NCBI GenBank assembly: GCA_965197905.1
Contig: CBDAOB010000004.1
Location: 2,016,001-2,080,000, forward strand
DNA: 64,000 bases
Reading direction: 5' to 3'
Source of the DNA: Candidatus Latescibacterota bacterium
GTDB lineage: Bacteria; Latescibacterota; UBA2968; UBA8231
The translations under genes were made by a program, and so were the position numbers. Of the stretch, positions 1 to 11,309 are shown in pieces. The notes under the pieces are model-generated. The model saw nothing but the letters and a program-made list of their open reading frames with translations. It was not told the DNA's origin and did no database searches. Numbering within the stretch: the first letter of the stretch is position 1; each line of letters opens with the position of its first letter.

Positions 1-879
1 GTCGGACAAAATCTGTTGATGCACACCTACGAAGGCATGTTCCGGCGCGCGGGGGTCCCGATCGGCCAGGTCCTGCTGACGGCCGACGACATACTTCACG
101 ATCGCCGCCGCTATCTCAACCTGGAGAACACCTTTCGCAAGTTATTCGGCTTCGGTGCGATACCCGTGATCAACGAAAATGACAGCGTAGCCGTGGCCGA
201 ACTCAAGCTGACCATTGGCGAAAACGACATGTTGGCGGCCTACGTTTCGAACCTCATCGGCGCCCACTTACTGGTAATCCTTTCGGACGTCGAGGGCGTG
301 TACGCTGGATACAGTACTAACGGCCCGCAGGGACACGTGGTGAACCAGGTTGAGTACGGCGATGACCGTCTGGAGCAGATGATCGGCGCTTCGACAAGCC
401 GTAGCGGGAGTGGCGGTATGGAGACCAAAATCCGCGCCGCACGTTTGCTGATGGCGTGTGGTGAGATGACCTTGATCGCACATGCACGGAAACACCGGCT
501 GGTGGACATCCTTTCCGGCGGCGATCTGGGAACGCTGTTTATTCCGAAGAAGAAACGGCTGCGGAGCCGCAAGCGCTGGATCGCATTCGGATCGTCGTGC
601 AAGGGTCGCGTGGTGGTCGATCATGGGGCCGAACGCGCGTTGGCTCGGCAGGGGAAGAGTCTTCTGCCTGCAGGCGTCGTGTCGGGAGACGGCGCCTTCG
701 CTGTGGGGGATGTCGTGCGGATCGAAAACGAAAGCGGAACGGATCTGGGGCGTGGGCTGAGTCGCTATAGTCTCTCCGAACTCAATAGGATTTGCGGCAA
801 GAGCAGTAAGCAGGTGGAAAAAATATTGAAACGTCAGGCGACCGAAGTGATCCATCGCGACGATCTAGTTCTTTTTTGA
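1..879 (+). CDS. proB: Glutamate 5-kinase (5' end lies upstream of the window)
   Basis: Motifs PVINENDSV, GENDMLAA and GSGGMETKI, plus a C-terminal PUA domain (KSLLPAGV...IHRDDLV). The frame is open from base 1. Confidence 0.95.
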   Translation, partial: VGQNLLMHTYEGMFRRAGVPIGQVLLTADDILHDRRRYLNLENTFRKLFGFGAIPVINENDSVAVAELKLTIGENDMLAAYVSNLIGAHLLVILSDVEGVYAGYSTNGPQGHVVNQVEYGDDRLEQMIGASTSRSGSGGMETKIRAARLLMACGEMTLIAHARKHRLVDILSGGDLGTLFIPKKKRLRSRKRWIAFGSSCKGRVVVDHGAERALARQGKSLLPAGVVSGDGAFAVGDVVRIENESGTDLGRGLSRYSLSELNRICGKSSKQVEKILKRQATEVIHRDDLVLF

Positions 880-903
880 GCCCAATGCAAACGGTCTGAT
901 ATC

Positions 904-1224
904 GTGCCGACGCCAAGACCACGTTCGGTGGTCAAACCATCACGATGGAAGCCCGCTCTCTTTCTCGTCGGGGCCGTATTTGTCATCTACTTTCTCGTCG
1001 CCGGCGAGCACGGTTCGATTCGACTCTGGCAAGCGGACCAGGATCTGACCGAATGGCAGATGCGGGTGCAACAGCTGGAAGACCAGAACGACAGTCTCAG
1101 AGTGATTCTGGCAAAGTTGGAGACCGACCTCGAGTACATCGAGAAGGTGGCGCGCGAGGAGTACGGCATGGCTAAAAAGGGGGAACGGATCTACCGCATT
1201 CAACAAGCGCCCAAAAGCGAGTAG
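904..1224 (+). CDS. ftsB: Septum formation initiator, FtsB/DivIC family
   Basis: Single TM helix, coiled coil, and EYIEKVAREEYGMAKKGE motif. Confidence 0.85.
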   Translation: MPTPRPRSVVKPSRWKPALFLVGAVFVIYFLVAGEHGSIRLWQADQDLTEWQMRVQQLEDQNDSLRVILAKLETDLEYIEKVAREEYGMAKKGERIYRIQQAPKSE

Positions 1225-1229
1225 GGCGC

Positions 1230-2024
1230 ATGCCTCGGCATATCCTCAAGACCAAAGCGATCGTACTGCGTTCGTGGCGAATGGGTGAGACGAGCAAACG
1301 GGTCGCCTTTTACACCGAGGAACAGGGTAAACTAACGGCGATCGCCAAGGGTGCGAGGAAACCCAAAAGTAAATACGGAGGTTGCCTCGAGCTCATGAAT
1401 GAAGTCGATGCCGTCGTATATCTGCGACCCGACCGCGATCTGCAGACCTTGAGTGACTGCGACCTCGATCGTTCGTTTCCCAAACTCGTCGGGGATTTGG
1501 AACGGCTTTCCTTCGGCAGTGCGGCATGCGAATTGGTGGATCGGTTGACCATAGATTGCGAACCGAACAAACATCTCTACAGCTGCCTCTCGGGTGTGCT
1601 GGGAGCTCTCGAAGAGGTGTCCTCGCCTCAAACAGAGCCCGTATTCTGGTACTTTCAGCTGCGTGTATGCCAGGCACTGGGATACCGGCCCGAATTGCGT
1701 CACTGCGTGTCGTGTGGCGGAGAACTGGTGGATCACGACCGTCGGTTCAGCACTGCCCTGGGGGGTGTTGTCTGTAGCTCCTGTTCGGTGACGACTAGTC
1801 AGCAGTGCATGCGAATATCACAGGAAAGCGTTAATTTTCTCGCCCATCTCCAGGGATTGCGAACCTACCACAGAGAAGCCATTCCGGACGCGCCGGGAAA
1901 CGCGCGCGAGCCCAGGCAGATCCTTAGCGGTTTCCTCGAGTTCCACGCGGAGTGGCGCGGTTCGCTGAGGTCACTGGAGTTTTTGAAGGAGCTGTCGGAA
2001 GAGGGCAGCGCGACGAGATATTGA
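1230..2024 (+). CDS. recO: DNA repair protein RecO
   Basis: N-terminal AIVLR...[19 protein letters not shown], and CxxC...CxxC zinc motif. Confidence 0.93.
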   Translation: MPRHILKTKAIVLRSWRMGETSKRVAFYTEEQGKLTAIAKGARKPKSKYGGCLELMNEVDAVVYLRPDRDLQTLSDCDLDRSFPKLVGDLERLSFGSAACELVDRLTIDCEPNKHLYSCLSGVLGALEEVSSPQTEPVFWYFQLRVCQALGYRPELRHCVSCGGELVDHDRRFSTALGGVVCSSCSVTTSQQCMRISQESVNFLAHLQGLRTYHREAIPDAPGNAREPRQILSGFLEFHAEWRGSLRSLEFLKELSEEGSATRY

Positions 2025-2035
2025 GGAGCCATGGC

Positions 2036-3340
<1,305 letters not shown>

Positions 3341-3369
3341 AAGGCGCGGTTGGCGTTGATCTCGGCTGC

Positions 3370-3398
3370 TTGACCACCAAATTGTCAGGCAGTATACT
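3370..3398 (+). promoter_or_regulatory. Sigma70-type promoter for tRNA-Leu/tig/clpPX
   Basis: TTGACC-N17-TATACT about 20 nt upstream of the tRNA. Confidence 0.75.
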
Positions 3399-3418
3399 CT
3401 TATTTACCAATAACTTCT

Positions 3419-3502
3419 GCGAGAGTGGCGGAATTGGTAGACGCGCCAGATTTAGGATCTGGTGCCCGTAAGGGCGTGGGGGTTCGAGTCCCCCCTTTCG
3501 CA
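3419..3502 (+). tRNA. tRNA-Leu, anticodon TAG (CCA not encoded)
   Basis: Acceptor GCGAGAG/CTTTCGC, D-arm GGCGGAATTGGTAGACGC, anticodon arm CCAGA-TTTAGGA-TCTGG, long variable arm, and T-arm GGGGGTTCGAGTCCCCC. Confidence 0.97.
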
Positions 3503-3521
3503 CATTCGAAAGCTGTAATAG

Positions 3522-4832
3522 GTGAAAACGAGCGTCGTAGAAAAGGGCAAATGGGAACGGGAGCTCGAAGTCGAGGTTCCCGCCGAGCGGATCGACGGCG
3601 AAGTCGATAAAGCCTACAAGAAGTACCAGAAAAGCATTCAGGTTCCCGGGTTCCGCAAGGGCAAGGTCCCTCTGAAGGTCATCAAGTCCCGTTACGGCGC
3701 TTCTATTCGGGGCGACGTCATCAGCGATCTGCTACCTCGCCTGGTAGAGGAAGCGACCCGGGAAAGTGGTTTGACGCCCGCCGCCCCCCCTACGATTCAG
3801 AAACTCGACCACAACCCGGGCGAATCGTTGACCTTTACCGCCTCTTTGGACATTTGGCCAGAGGTGCAGGTGGAGAATGTGGAAGGGCTCAAGGCCACCA
3901 AAATGGTGCACGAGGTGACCGACGACGAGGTGGAGCAGCAACTTCAGGAGTTGCAGAACCAGCAGGCCACCGAAAGTTCCGTCTCGGGGCCCCTAGAGAA
4001 AGAGAATGTGTTGATTGCCGACCTCCAGAAGCTGGATACAACGGGTGTACCCATTGTGGGCGAAAAGTACGAAGAGCGGTATTTCGTCATCGGATCGGAG
4101 AATGCGCCCAGTCCGGAGTTTGAAGAGGCATTGATCGGCATCAGCGTTGGTGAACAACGCCGGGTCAAGTTTTCCTACCGGGACGATTTTCCCAACGAAG
4201 AATTGGCGGGGAAAGAGGAGTTCTTCGAGGTTACGGCCAGACAGATTCGAACGCGAACATTGCCAGAATTGGACGACGACTTCGCCAAGGATCTGGGAGA
4301 ACAGTTCGAATCCTTGGAAGGCCTGCGCGGGCATCTGCACAAGCAATTGAGCCAGCGCTGGGAGACGTTGTCACGCCAACAGCTGCGCAGCAGTTTGACG
4401 GAAGAATTGATCAAAGCCAACTCGCTCGAACTTCCCGAACGTATGGTCGAAAACTATCTGCGGACTTTGAAGCGGGAACGAGCGGAGCGCGAGGGCCATT
4501 CCCACGATCATCATGATCACGACCACGATCATGACCACGATCATGGAGATGACGAAGAGGAGACGGCAACAGCGTCCGCCGAGGAACGGGCGAGCGCGGT
4601 CAGGCAGTTGAAATCCTACCTTTTAGTAGACGCGGTCCGCGAGTCGGCGGGGGTTGCCGTCGAGGATGAGGAGTTCGAGGAGTTTCTGTCCACACGAGCG
4701 GAAGATTCGGGGATGAAGGTCGGGGAGTTGCGCCGATCCAAATGGGCGGACAACCTGCGCAAGGAGCTGGAAGAAAACAAGGTCTTTGATTACCTCATCG
4801 AACGCGCCGAGATCGAAGAACAGAGCGTGTGA
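3522..4832 (+). CDS. tig: Trigger factor with a His/Asp-rich insertion
   Basis: [10 protein letters not shown] ribosome-binding signature, FKBP domain, and the conserved tRNA-Leu-tig-clpP-clpX order. Confidence 0.95.
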   Translation: MKTSVVEKGKWERELEVEVPAERIDGEVDKAYKKYQKSIQVPGFRKGKVPLKVIKSRYGASIRGDVISDLLPRLVEEATRESGLTPAAPPTIQKLDHNPGESLTFTASLDIWPEVQVENVEGLKATKMVHEVTDDEVEQQLQELQNQQATESSVSGPLEKENVLIADLQKLDTTGVPIVGEKYEERYFVIGSENAPSPEFEEALIGISVGEQRRVKFSYRDDFPNEELAGKEEFFEVTARQIRTRTLPELDDDFAKDLGEQFESLEGLRGHLHKQLSQRWETLSRQQLRSSLTEELIKANSLELPERMVENYLRTLKRERAEREGHSHDHHDHDHDHDHDHGDDEEETATASAEERASAVRQLKSYLLVDAVRESAGVAVEDEEFEEFLSTRAEDSGMKVGELRRSKWADNLRKELEENKVFDYLIERAEIEEQSV

Positions 4833-4866
4833 TGGGTGGCAACCTGGTGGCGGGGAGAAAAACGGA

Positions 4867-5475
4867 ATGTCACTGATACCCATGGTCATCGAGCAAACCG
4901 GACGCGGCGAGCGCAGCTACGACATCTACTCTCGCTTGCTCAAGGAACGGATCGTTTTCATCGGGACTCCGATCAACGACCCGATCGCCAACATGGTAAT
5001 CGCCCAGATTCTGTTTCTCGACTCGGAGGATCCGAAGAAAGAGATCTCTCTGTTCGTCAATACCCCCGGCGGCTCGGTTGCGGCGGGAATGGCGATCTAC
5101 GATACCATGAAATACATATCCGCCGACGTAGCGACCACCTGCATGGGCCAGGCGTCCAGCATGGGAGCGGTGTTGTTGGCTGGCGGAGCCCAGGGCAAAC
5201 GCCAGGCGCTGCCCAATTCAAGGATTCTCCTCCACCAGCCGATGGGTGGGGTGGGAGGGCAAGCTGCCGACATCGAAATCCACGCCCGCGAGATTATCAA
5301 GATCCGCCAGCAGCTGAATGAGATCCTGGCTACGGATACGGGCCAACCGCTTGAACGCATCGAGAGGGACACGGAGCGGGATTTCTTCATGGGTCCCGAA
5401 GAAGCGATCGAATACGGCCTCATCGACCGGATAATCGAACCGCAGGCAAAACACACCGAGCAGGCGACGGCCTAA
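4867..5475 (+). CDS. clpP: ATP-dependent Clp protease proteolytic subunit
   Basis: [27 protein letters not shown], catalytic ASSMG serine, HQP and DTERD. Confidence 0.97.
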   Translation: MSLIPMVIEQTGRGERSYDIYSRLLKERIVFIGTPINDPIANMVIAQILFLDSEDPKKEISLFVNTPGGSVAAGMAIYDTMKYISADVATTCMGQASSMGAVLLAGGAQGKRQALPNSRILLHQPMGGVGGQAADIEIHAREIIKIRQQLNEILATDTGQPLERIERDTERDFFMGPEEAIEYGLIDRIIEPQAKHTEQATA

Positions 5476-5503
5476 CCGACGCGCCGCGAACAGACCAGAC
5501 GTG

Positions 5504-6751
5504 ATGCGAAAGAGACCACCGAAAAGCGACCCACGTTGCTCATTCTGCGGACGCAGCGCCAACCAGGTGGAAAAGATCATCACAGGTCCTTCCGTCCACA
5601 TCTGCAATGAATGCGTTAAACTCTGCAACGAGGTCCTGGCGGAGGAGAAACGTCAAACCCTGCCGTGGGAGACGGGTAGTCTTCCCAAACCGACCGATAT
5701 CAGAGCATTCCTGGACGAGTATGTCATTGGCCAGGAACAGGCTAAGAAGATCCTTTCCGTTGCCGTCTACAACCATTACAAACGCATTCGTTCCAACATC
5801 TCCATGGAAGGGGTGGAGCTGGAGAAGAGCAATATCCTCTTGGTCGGTCCCACTGGCACCGGTAAGACCCTGCTGGCGAACACCCTCGCCAAGGTGCTGC
5901 AGGTCCCTTTTTCTATCGCCGACGCAACGATCCTGACCGAAGCCGGGTATGTCGGCGAAGACGTGGAGAATATCCTCGTGCGTTTGCTACAGGCCGCCGA
6001 CTACGACGTACAACGGGCGGAGAAGGGTATCCTCTACCTCGACGAGGTCGACAAGATTGCTCGCAAGAGCGCGACGCCGGCGGTCAGCCGCGATGTTTCA
6101 GGAGAAGGGGTTCAACAGGCCCTCCTCAAGATCATCGAGGGAACCATCGCCAACATTCCCCCGAAGGGAGGACGCAAACATCCCGAACAGCCGATGATCC
6201 AGCTGAACACCCGCAACATCCTGTTTATTTGCGGGGGGGCCTTCGAAGGGCTAGACAAGATTATCAGTCAGCGCGTTGGTCGTCGAACGATCGGATTCGG
6301 GTCTGGCTTGCACGAACCGGAAGAGGCGGAGGGCGAGGAGATCATGGCGGATGTGCAGCCGGAAGATCTGTTGGCTTACGGGCTGATCCCGGAGTTCGTG
6401 GGTCGGGTTCCAGTCGTCACCGCGCTCGAAGAGCTCGGTGAGGACGATCTCTTTGATATTCTCACCGAACCGCGCAACGCTATAATAAAACAGGCGCAGC
6501 GTCTTTTCGAAATGGATGGAGTCGAGTTGCAGTTTACGGAGGAAGCGCTTCGCAAGGTGGTCGATCTGACGGTCAAGAAAGGCACCGGAGCACGTGGGCT
6601 CAGGTCCGTGCTAGAGCAGGCGATGATGGACATCATGTACGATGTTCCGTCGCAGGCGGGTGTCACCAAACTCGAGATCACCGCCGAGATGATCGAAAAG
6701 GGTGTGGAGGAAATCGACGACGAGGACGAATTGGAGCGCAAAAGGGCGTGA
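5504..6751 (+). CDS. clpX: ATP-dependent Clp protease ATP-binding subunit
   Basis: CSFCG zinc finger, [23 protein letters not shown] loop and GARGLR. Confidence 0.97.
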   Translation: MRKRPPKSDPRCSFCGRSANQVEKIITGPSVHICNECVKLCNEVLAEEKRQTLPWETGSLPKPTDIRAFLDEYVIGQEQAKKILSVAVYNHYKRIRSNISMEGVELEKSNILLVGPTGTGKTLLANTLAKVLQVPFSIADATILTEAGYVGEDVENILVRLLQAADYDVQRAEKGILYLDEVDKIARKSATPAVSRDVSGEGVQQALLKIIEGTIANIPPKGGRKHPEQPMIQLNTRNILFICGGAFEGLDKIISQRVGRRTIGFGSGLHEPEEAEGEEIMADVQPEDLLAYGLIPEFVGRVPVVTALEELGEDDLFDILTEPRNAIIKQAQRLFEMDGVELQFTEEALRKVVDLTVKKGTGARGLRSVLEQAMMDIMYDVPSQAGVTKLEITAEMIEKGVEEIDDEDELERKRA

Positions 6752-6773
6752 TTCGACCGGACACCCGTATGGC

Positions 6774-7394
6774 ATGGAGTTTTCGACCGCAGAGTTCGTC
6801 ATTGGCGCCGCCAGCCCCGCAGACCTGCCCAACAACGGTTACGCCGAGATTGCCTTCGCCGGCCGTTCGAACGTCGGCAAATCCTCGCTCATCAACAAGC
6901 TGTTAAACCGCAAGAAGTTAGCACACACCAGCTCGACTCCTGGCAAAACCCGGCAACTGAATTACTACTTGATTGACGAGAGGTTCTACTTCGTCGATCT
7001 TCCCGGATACGGATACGTGCGCGGGGGAGTCAACCTGCGCAATCAACTCGGCAAGCTGACCGAGGCCTATCTTCAGTCGCGGCAACAACTTGTCGCGGTA
7101 CTCCAACTGATCGATGCACGAAACGGGCCGACCGATCAAGACTTGATCATGGTGGATTGGCTGCGCCAACGCCACACAGATTTCTTGCTGGTTTTTACCA
7201 AAGTGGACAAGATGACCCGCAACAAATGGAATACAAAATTGCGGCGTTTGGAGTCGGACGGACACCTGGGCGGCCTCTCGTTCGTCTCTTTCTCTGCCAC
7301 AACGGGCGAGGGCAGCCGCGACATTCAGCAATGGATGGGTGATGCCCTGAAAACCGCACCGGAAAATGCGGTTGCCCGGGGACCCGGACACTAA
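6774..7394 (+). CDS. engB: Ribosome biogenesis GTPase YsxC/EngB
   Basis: GRSNVGKSS, TPGKT, DLPGYG and TKVD; follows clpX. Confidence 0.93.
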   Translation: MEFSTAEFVIGAASPADLPNNGYAEIAFAGRSNVGKSSLINKLLNRKKLAHTSSTPGKTRQLNYYLIDERFYFVDLPGYGYVRGGVNLRNQLGKLTEAYLQSRQQLVAVLQLIDARNGPTDQDLIMVDWLRQRHTDFLLVFTKVDKMTRNKWNTKLRRLESDGHLGGLSFVSFSATTGEGSRDIQQWMGDALKTAPENAVARGPGH

Positions 7395-7396
7395 TC

Positions 7397-8677
7397 ATGC
7401 CGGCCAAAATCGTGTTGGGCGCGCAATGGGGGGACGAGGGCAAGGCAAAGGTCGTCGACTACATGACCTTGAGCGCCGACATCGTGGCCCGCTACCAGGG
7501 CGGGGCAAACGCCGGTCACACGGTGCAGGTGGGCGACAGCACATTCGTGTTTCACATCATTCACTCCGGCATCATTCACTCAGACAAGATCTGTGTTATT
7601 GGCAACGGAGTAGTAGCGGATCCGGTTGCCCTTATCGCCGAGCTGGACGAGCTAGAGAGCCGGGGGATTCTCGTCGCCGACCGTCTTTTCATCAGCGGCA
7701 ATGCCCATGTGGTCATGCCCTATCACAAGGCGCTGGAGAAAGCGGAGGAGGAAGACCCATCAGGGCTGACGCTGGGTACCACCCTGCGAGGCATTGGGCC
7801 CTGTTACCGCGACAAGATCGAGCGCTCCAACGGTGTCCGTATGACCGATCTCATGCGCCCCGACAAACTGCGCGATAAGTTGCGTTCGGCCATTCAATCC
7901 AAGAACGAGATTTTGGCGCGCATTTACGCTGCCGACGTGATCGACCAGAACGACACAATTGATGAATTCGTCGCCTATGGCAAGCGCCTGCAACCGTACG
8001 TTACCGACACATCGGCGCTCCTCAACAACGCCCTCGATGGCGGGAAAACGGTCCTTTTCGAGGGCGCCCAGGGCACGTTGCTGGACGTCGACCACGGTAC
8101 CTACCCCTACGTTACCTCCTCGAACACGACCGCGGGTGGGGCGTGCACCGGGAGCGGAGTCGGCCCTACGCGGATAGCCGAAGTAATCGGTGTCACCAAG
8201 GCCTACACCACCCGCGTCGGCAACGGTCCTTTTCCGACAGAGCTGGACGACGAAAACGGCGAGCGCATCCGTGCCATAGGCCATGAATACGGTGCGACGA
8301 CGGGGCGCTCCCGCCGCTGCGGCTGGTTCGACGCTCCCATCGTGCGGCTCGCCGGGCGGATCAACGGTTTGATGAGCATCGCGCTCACGCGCCTGGATGT
8401 GCTGGACACCCTCGAGCGCCTGAAGCTGTGCGTGGCATACGACTGCGATGGCACCGAGTTGTCCGAGTTCCCCTCCGACCCGGAACAGCTGGAAAATTGC
8501 AAACCGATCTACGAGGAACTGCCAGGGTGGCAGGTGGGGACCACGGCCGCGCGTCGTTTCAACGACTTACATCCTAACGCTCGTCGCTACGTCGACCGCA
8601 TTTCGGAGTTGACGGGACGACCGGTTTCACTGATTTCTGTCGGACCCGAACGAGAGTCCACCATCGACGTCTCTTGA
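7397..8677 (+). CDS. purA: Adenylosuccinate synthetase
   Basis: GAQWGDEGK, GGANAGHT, EGAQG...DHGTYPYVTSS and GATTGRSRRCGW. Confidence 0.97.
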   Translation: MPAKIVLGAQWGDEGKAKVVDYMTLSADIVARYQGGANAGHTVQVGDSTFVFHIIHSGIIHSDKICVIGNGVVADPVALIAELDELESRGILVADRLFISGNAHVVMPYHKALEKAEEEDPSGLTLGTTLRGIGPCYRDKIERSNGVRMTDLMRPDKLRDKLRSAIQSKNEILARIYAADVIDQNDTIDEFVAYGKRLQPYVTDTSALLNNALDGGKTVLFEGAQGTLLDVDHGTYPYVTSSNTTAGGACTGSGVGPTRIAEVIGVTKAYTTRVGNGPFPTELDDENGERIRAIGHEYGATTGRSRRCGWFDAPIVRLAGRINGLMSIALTRLDVLDTLERLKLCVAYDCDGTELSEFPSDPEQLENCKPIYEELPGWQVGTTAARRFNDLHPNARRYVDRISELTGRPVSLISVGPERESTIDVS

Positions 8678-8684
8678 TAATCTG

Positions 8685-9590
8685 ATGTTGCCCGAAATCG
8701 ACCCCAGGTCGCCCGGCGCCAGACTCCGTAGTTTGATCGCCGAAAAGACGGTCGTCCTTCCGGGCGCCTTCAACGCCGCGGTCGGGCTATTGGCACAGCA
8801 GGCAGGATTCGAAGCGGTCTACATTTCCGGGGCTGGTCTCGTCAACGGCACCGCGGGATACCCTGACATCGGCCTGTTCACTATGGATGAAATGGCGACC
8901 CAGGCGAGTTACATCGCCCGGTCGCTACGCGTGCCAGCGATCTGTGACGCCGACACCGGCTACGGCGAGGCGCTGCAGGTTATGCGAACAGTGCACGCGT
9001 ATGAGCAGGCGGGGTTGGCCGGGTTGCACCTGGAGGATCAGGTCGCGCCGAAACGCTGCGGACATCTGGATGGCAAGAGCCTGGTATCGGCCGCCGATAT
9101 GGAACGCAAGCTGACGGCGGCCGCAGCCGCTCGGTCCAGTGAGGACTTTTTGTTGATCGCCCGCACCGATGCGCGCAGCGTCGAAGGGTTCGAAGCCGGC
9201 GTCGAACGGAGCTTGCGGTATCTGGAGGCCGGCGCCGACGCCATTTTTCCCGAAGCCTTGGAATCTCGAGACGAGTTTGCCGAATTTGCCGAGCGGGTGG
9301 ATGCGGTTCTCATGGCGAACATGACTGAGTTCGGCAAGTCACCCATCATTTCCGTCACCGAATTTGCAGTAATGGGGTACCGCATGGTCATCTTTCCCAT
9401 GACCGCGTTTCGCGTTATGATGAAATCGGCGGAGGAGCTGTTTCGAGATCTTCGCGCTAAAGGCACACAGATCGATTGGCTTTCACAGATGCAGACTCGA
9501 GAAGAGCTCTATGCACTTTTGCGGTACGACGAGTACGCCAAGATGGATTCCGCGGTCGCGAGAGGTTCGAGCACGGATCAAGAGGTCTAA
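8685..9590 (+). CDS. prpB: 2-methylisocitrate lyase
   Basis: DADTGYG, EDQVAPKRCGH, IARTDA and ANMTEFGK. Confidence 0.9.
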   Translation: MLPEIDPRSPGARLRSLIAEKTVVLPGAFNAAVGLLAQQAGFEAVYISGAGLVNGTAGYPDIGLFTMDEMATQASYIARSLRVPAICDADTGYGEALQVMRTVHAYEQAGLAGLHLEDQVAPKRCGHLDGKSLVSAADMERKLTAAAAARSSEDFLLIARTDARSVEGFEAGVERSLRYLEAGADAIFPEALESRDEFAEFAERVDAVLMANMTEFGKSPIISVTEFAVMGYRMVIFPMTAFRVMMKSAEELFRDLRAKGTQIDWLSQMQTREELYALLRYDEYAKMDSAVARGSSTDQEV

Positions 9591-9620
9591 GAAGCGATCC
9601 TCTATCCCGAGATTGATGCA

Positions 9621-10751
9621 GTGAAAACGGAAGATTACAGTCCAGGTCTGGAGGGAATCGTCGCCGGTGAGTCGGCGATTTCTAGCATTGACGTTCAGCG
9701 CAATCGGTTGCTGGTGCGCGGGTACGACCTTGCCGACCTCAGCGAACATTGCAGATTCGAAGAGGTCGCCTACCTCTTGCTGCACGATGATCTTCCCAAC
9801 GCATCGGCACTTTCCGAATTTGAGAACACCATCGATCTTCGCCGCGGCCTGAGCGATCCCACTCTCGAGTTACTGCGGCGCGCGCCGCTCCGGTCCCATC
9901 CGATGAGCCTACTGAGGACGGCCGTCTCGGCGTTGTCCCTGGAGGATCTGAATGCGGGCGATCGCAGTGTCGAAGCCGAACGACGGAGGGCGGTGGAGCT
10001 GTTGGCGAAGATTCCTACCATCATCGCGGCCGGCTACCGCCTCGCATCGGGCGCAGAGCCTGTTGCTCCGAAGCCGGAATACTCCCAAGCAGCCAATCTG
10101 TTGTACATGTTGCGGGGATCGGACCCCGACGATCACGAGGTGGCCGCTTTGGACGTCTCCTTGATACTCTACGCCGAACACGGGTTCAACGCGTCGACCT
10201 TCACGGCTCGAGTTGTGGCGTCGACCTTGAGCGACCTCTATGCCAGTATCGTTGCAGCCATTGGTGCGCTGGCGGGACCATTGCACGGCGGGGCTAATGA
10301 AAAAGCGATGGAGATGCTGGAGCAGATCGGTTCGGCAGAGGTGGCTGAGCACTGGGTGTTGAACGCGCTGGCCGAGAAGCGAAAGATCATGGGTTTTGGT
10401 CACCGCGAGTATAGAACGGGTGACTCTCGCGTGCCGATCATGAAGGCGGTTGGCCGCAAACTTGCAACTATTCTGGATGACAGCCGGTGGGTCGATATCG
10501 CCGATGTGGTCGAACGCACGATGGATCGCGAGAAGGGTATTTTCGCGAATGTCGACTTCCCCTGTTCGTATGTTTACTACATGCTGGGGATTCCGATTCA
10601 GCTCTACACTCCGATCTTCGTCTCGAGCCGGGTAACGGGGTGGGCAGCACACATCATGGAGCAGCTCGCCAACAACCGTCTCATCCGGCCCGCACACCTC
10701 TACCTCGGACCGGCCTGGCGTCGTTTCTTGCCTCTCTCAGAGCGGGGGTGA
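9621..10751 (+). CDS. prpC: 2-methylcitrate synthase / citrate synthase II
   Basis: YSPGLEG, AEHGFNAST, GPLHGGAN, MGFGHR and ANVDF; adjacent to prpB. Confidence 0.8.
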   Translation: MKTEDYSPGLEGIVAGESAISSIDVQRNRLLVRGYDLADLSEHCRFEEVAYLLLHDDLPNASALSEFENTIDLRRGLSDPTLELLRRAPLRSHPMSLLRTAVSALSLEDLNAGDRSVEAERRRAVELLAKIPTIIAAGYRLASGAEPVAPKPEYSQAANLLYMLRGSDPDDHEVAALDVSLILYAEHGFNASTFTARVVASTLSDLYASIVAAIGALAGPLHGGANEKAMEMLEQIGSAEVAEHWVLNALAEKRKIMGFGHREYRTGDSRVPIMKAVGRKLATILDDSRWVDIADVVERTMDREKGIFANVDFPCSYVYYMLGIPIQLYTPIFVSSRVTGWAAHIMEQLANNRLIRPAHLYLGPAWRRFLPLSERG

Positions 10752-11306
10752 GCCGGCGTTCGCGCTTGATCGGCGCCGCCTTTGCAACAGTGTATCCCTG
10801 ATTTCTAGCAGGAACGCCTGAACCACCGGGGTCTGGTAGTCAGGGTAGGTCCATGGCTGCGGCTGGCATTTTCCCTTTTGGAAAAACAGCGTGGTTTCGG
10901 CAAACAGCCCCGGGCCTATGCAGATGCGGTGTCCGCTGTATTTCGTCGTCGCCAGTACGAGACTCTCTACCGAAACCAAACCAGGATCGATGTTGGCGCG
11001 CCGACAGAGCGCTCCTTGCTTCTCTTCCGCCAGCTCTTTCTCGATCTCCATGGTTTTCCGTTTTACGTCATAAAGCGAAGCGGGGTCCACGGGATCGCCC
11101 ACGCGGAAAAGCTGCTTGATCAGACCACCACCCATCTCGTCGTGGTAGTAGGTCGAGAAATCGAACGGGAAGGTGGAGCTGCGACTCGTGATCGATCCCA
11201 GGTGGCGTTCGATCTTCTCCGAGGCTTGGGCCATTTCCGTCGCACCAGGAGTCAAAGTGGCACAGATCAGGGCGGCAGGCTCTACCGGCTGCTCAAAGAT
11301 GGGCAT
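10737..11306 (-). CDS. DUF4416 family protein
   Basis: YYHDEMG, RRANIDPG, LATTK...HRI and WTYPDY motifs. Confidence 0.8.
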   Translation of the reverse strand: MPIFEQPVEPAALICATLTPGATEMAQASEKIERHLGSITSRSSTFPFDFSTYYHDEMGGGLIKQLFRVGDPVDPASLYDVKRKTMEIEKELAEEKQGALCRRANIDPGLVSVESLVLATTKYSGHRICIGPGLFAETTLFFQKGKCQPQPWTYPDYQTPVVQAFLLEIRDTLLQRRRRSSANAGSPPL

Positions 11307-11309
11307 TGC

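Noticed and set aside
3419..3521. tRNA-Leu as an integration site
   Set aside because: tig follows directly, and no integrase or duplicated tRNA 3' end was seen.
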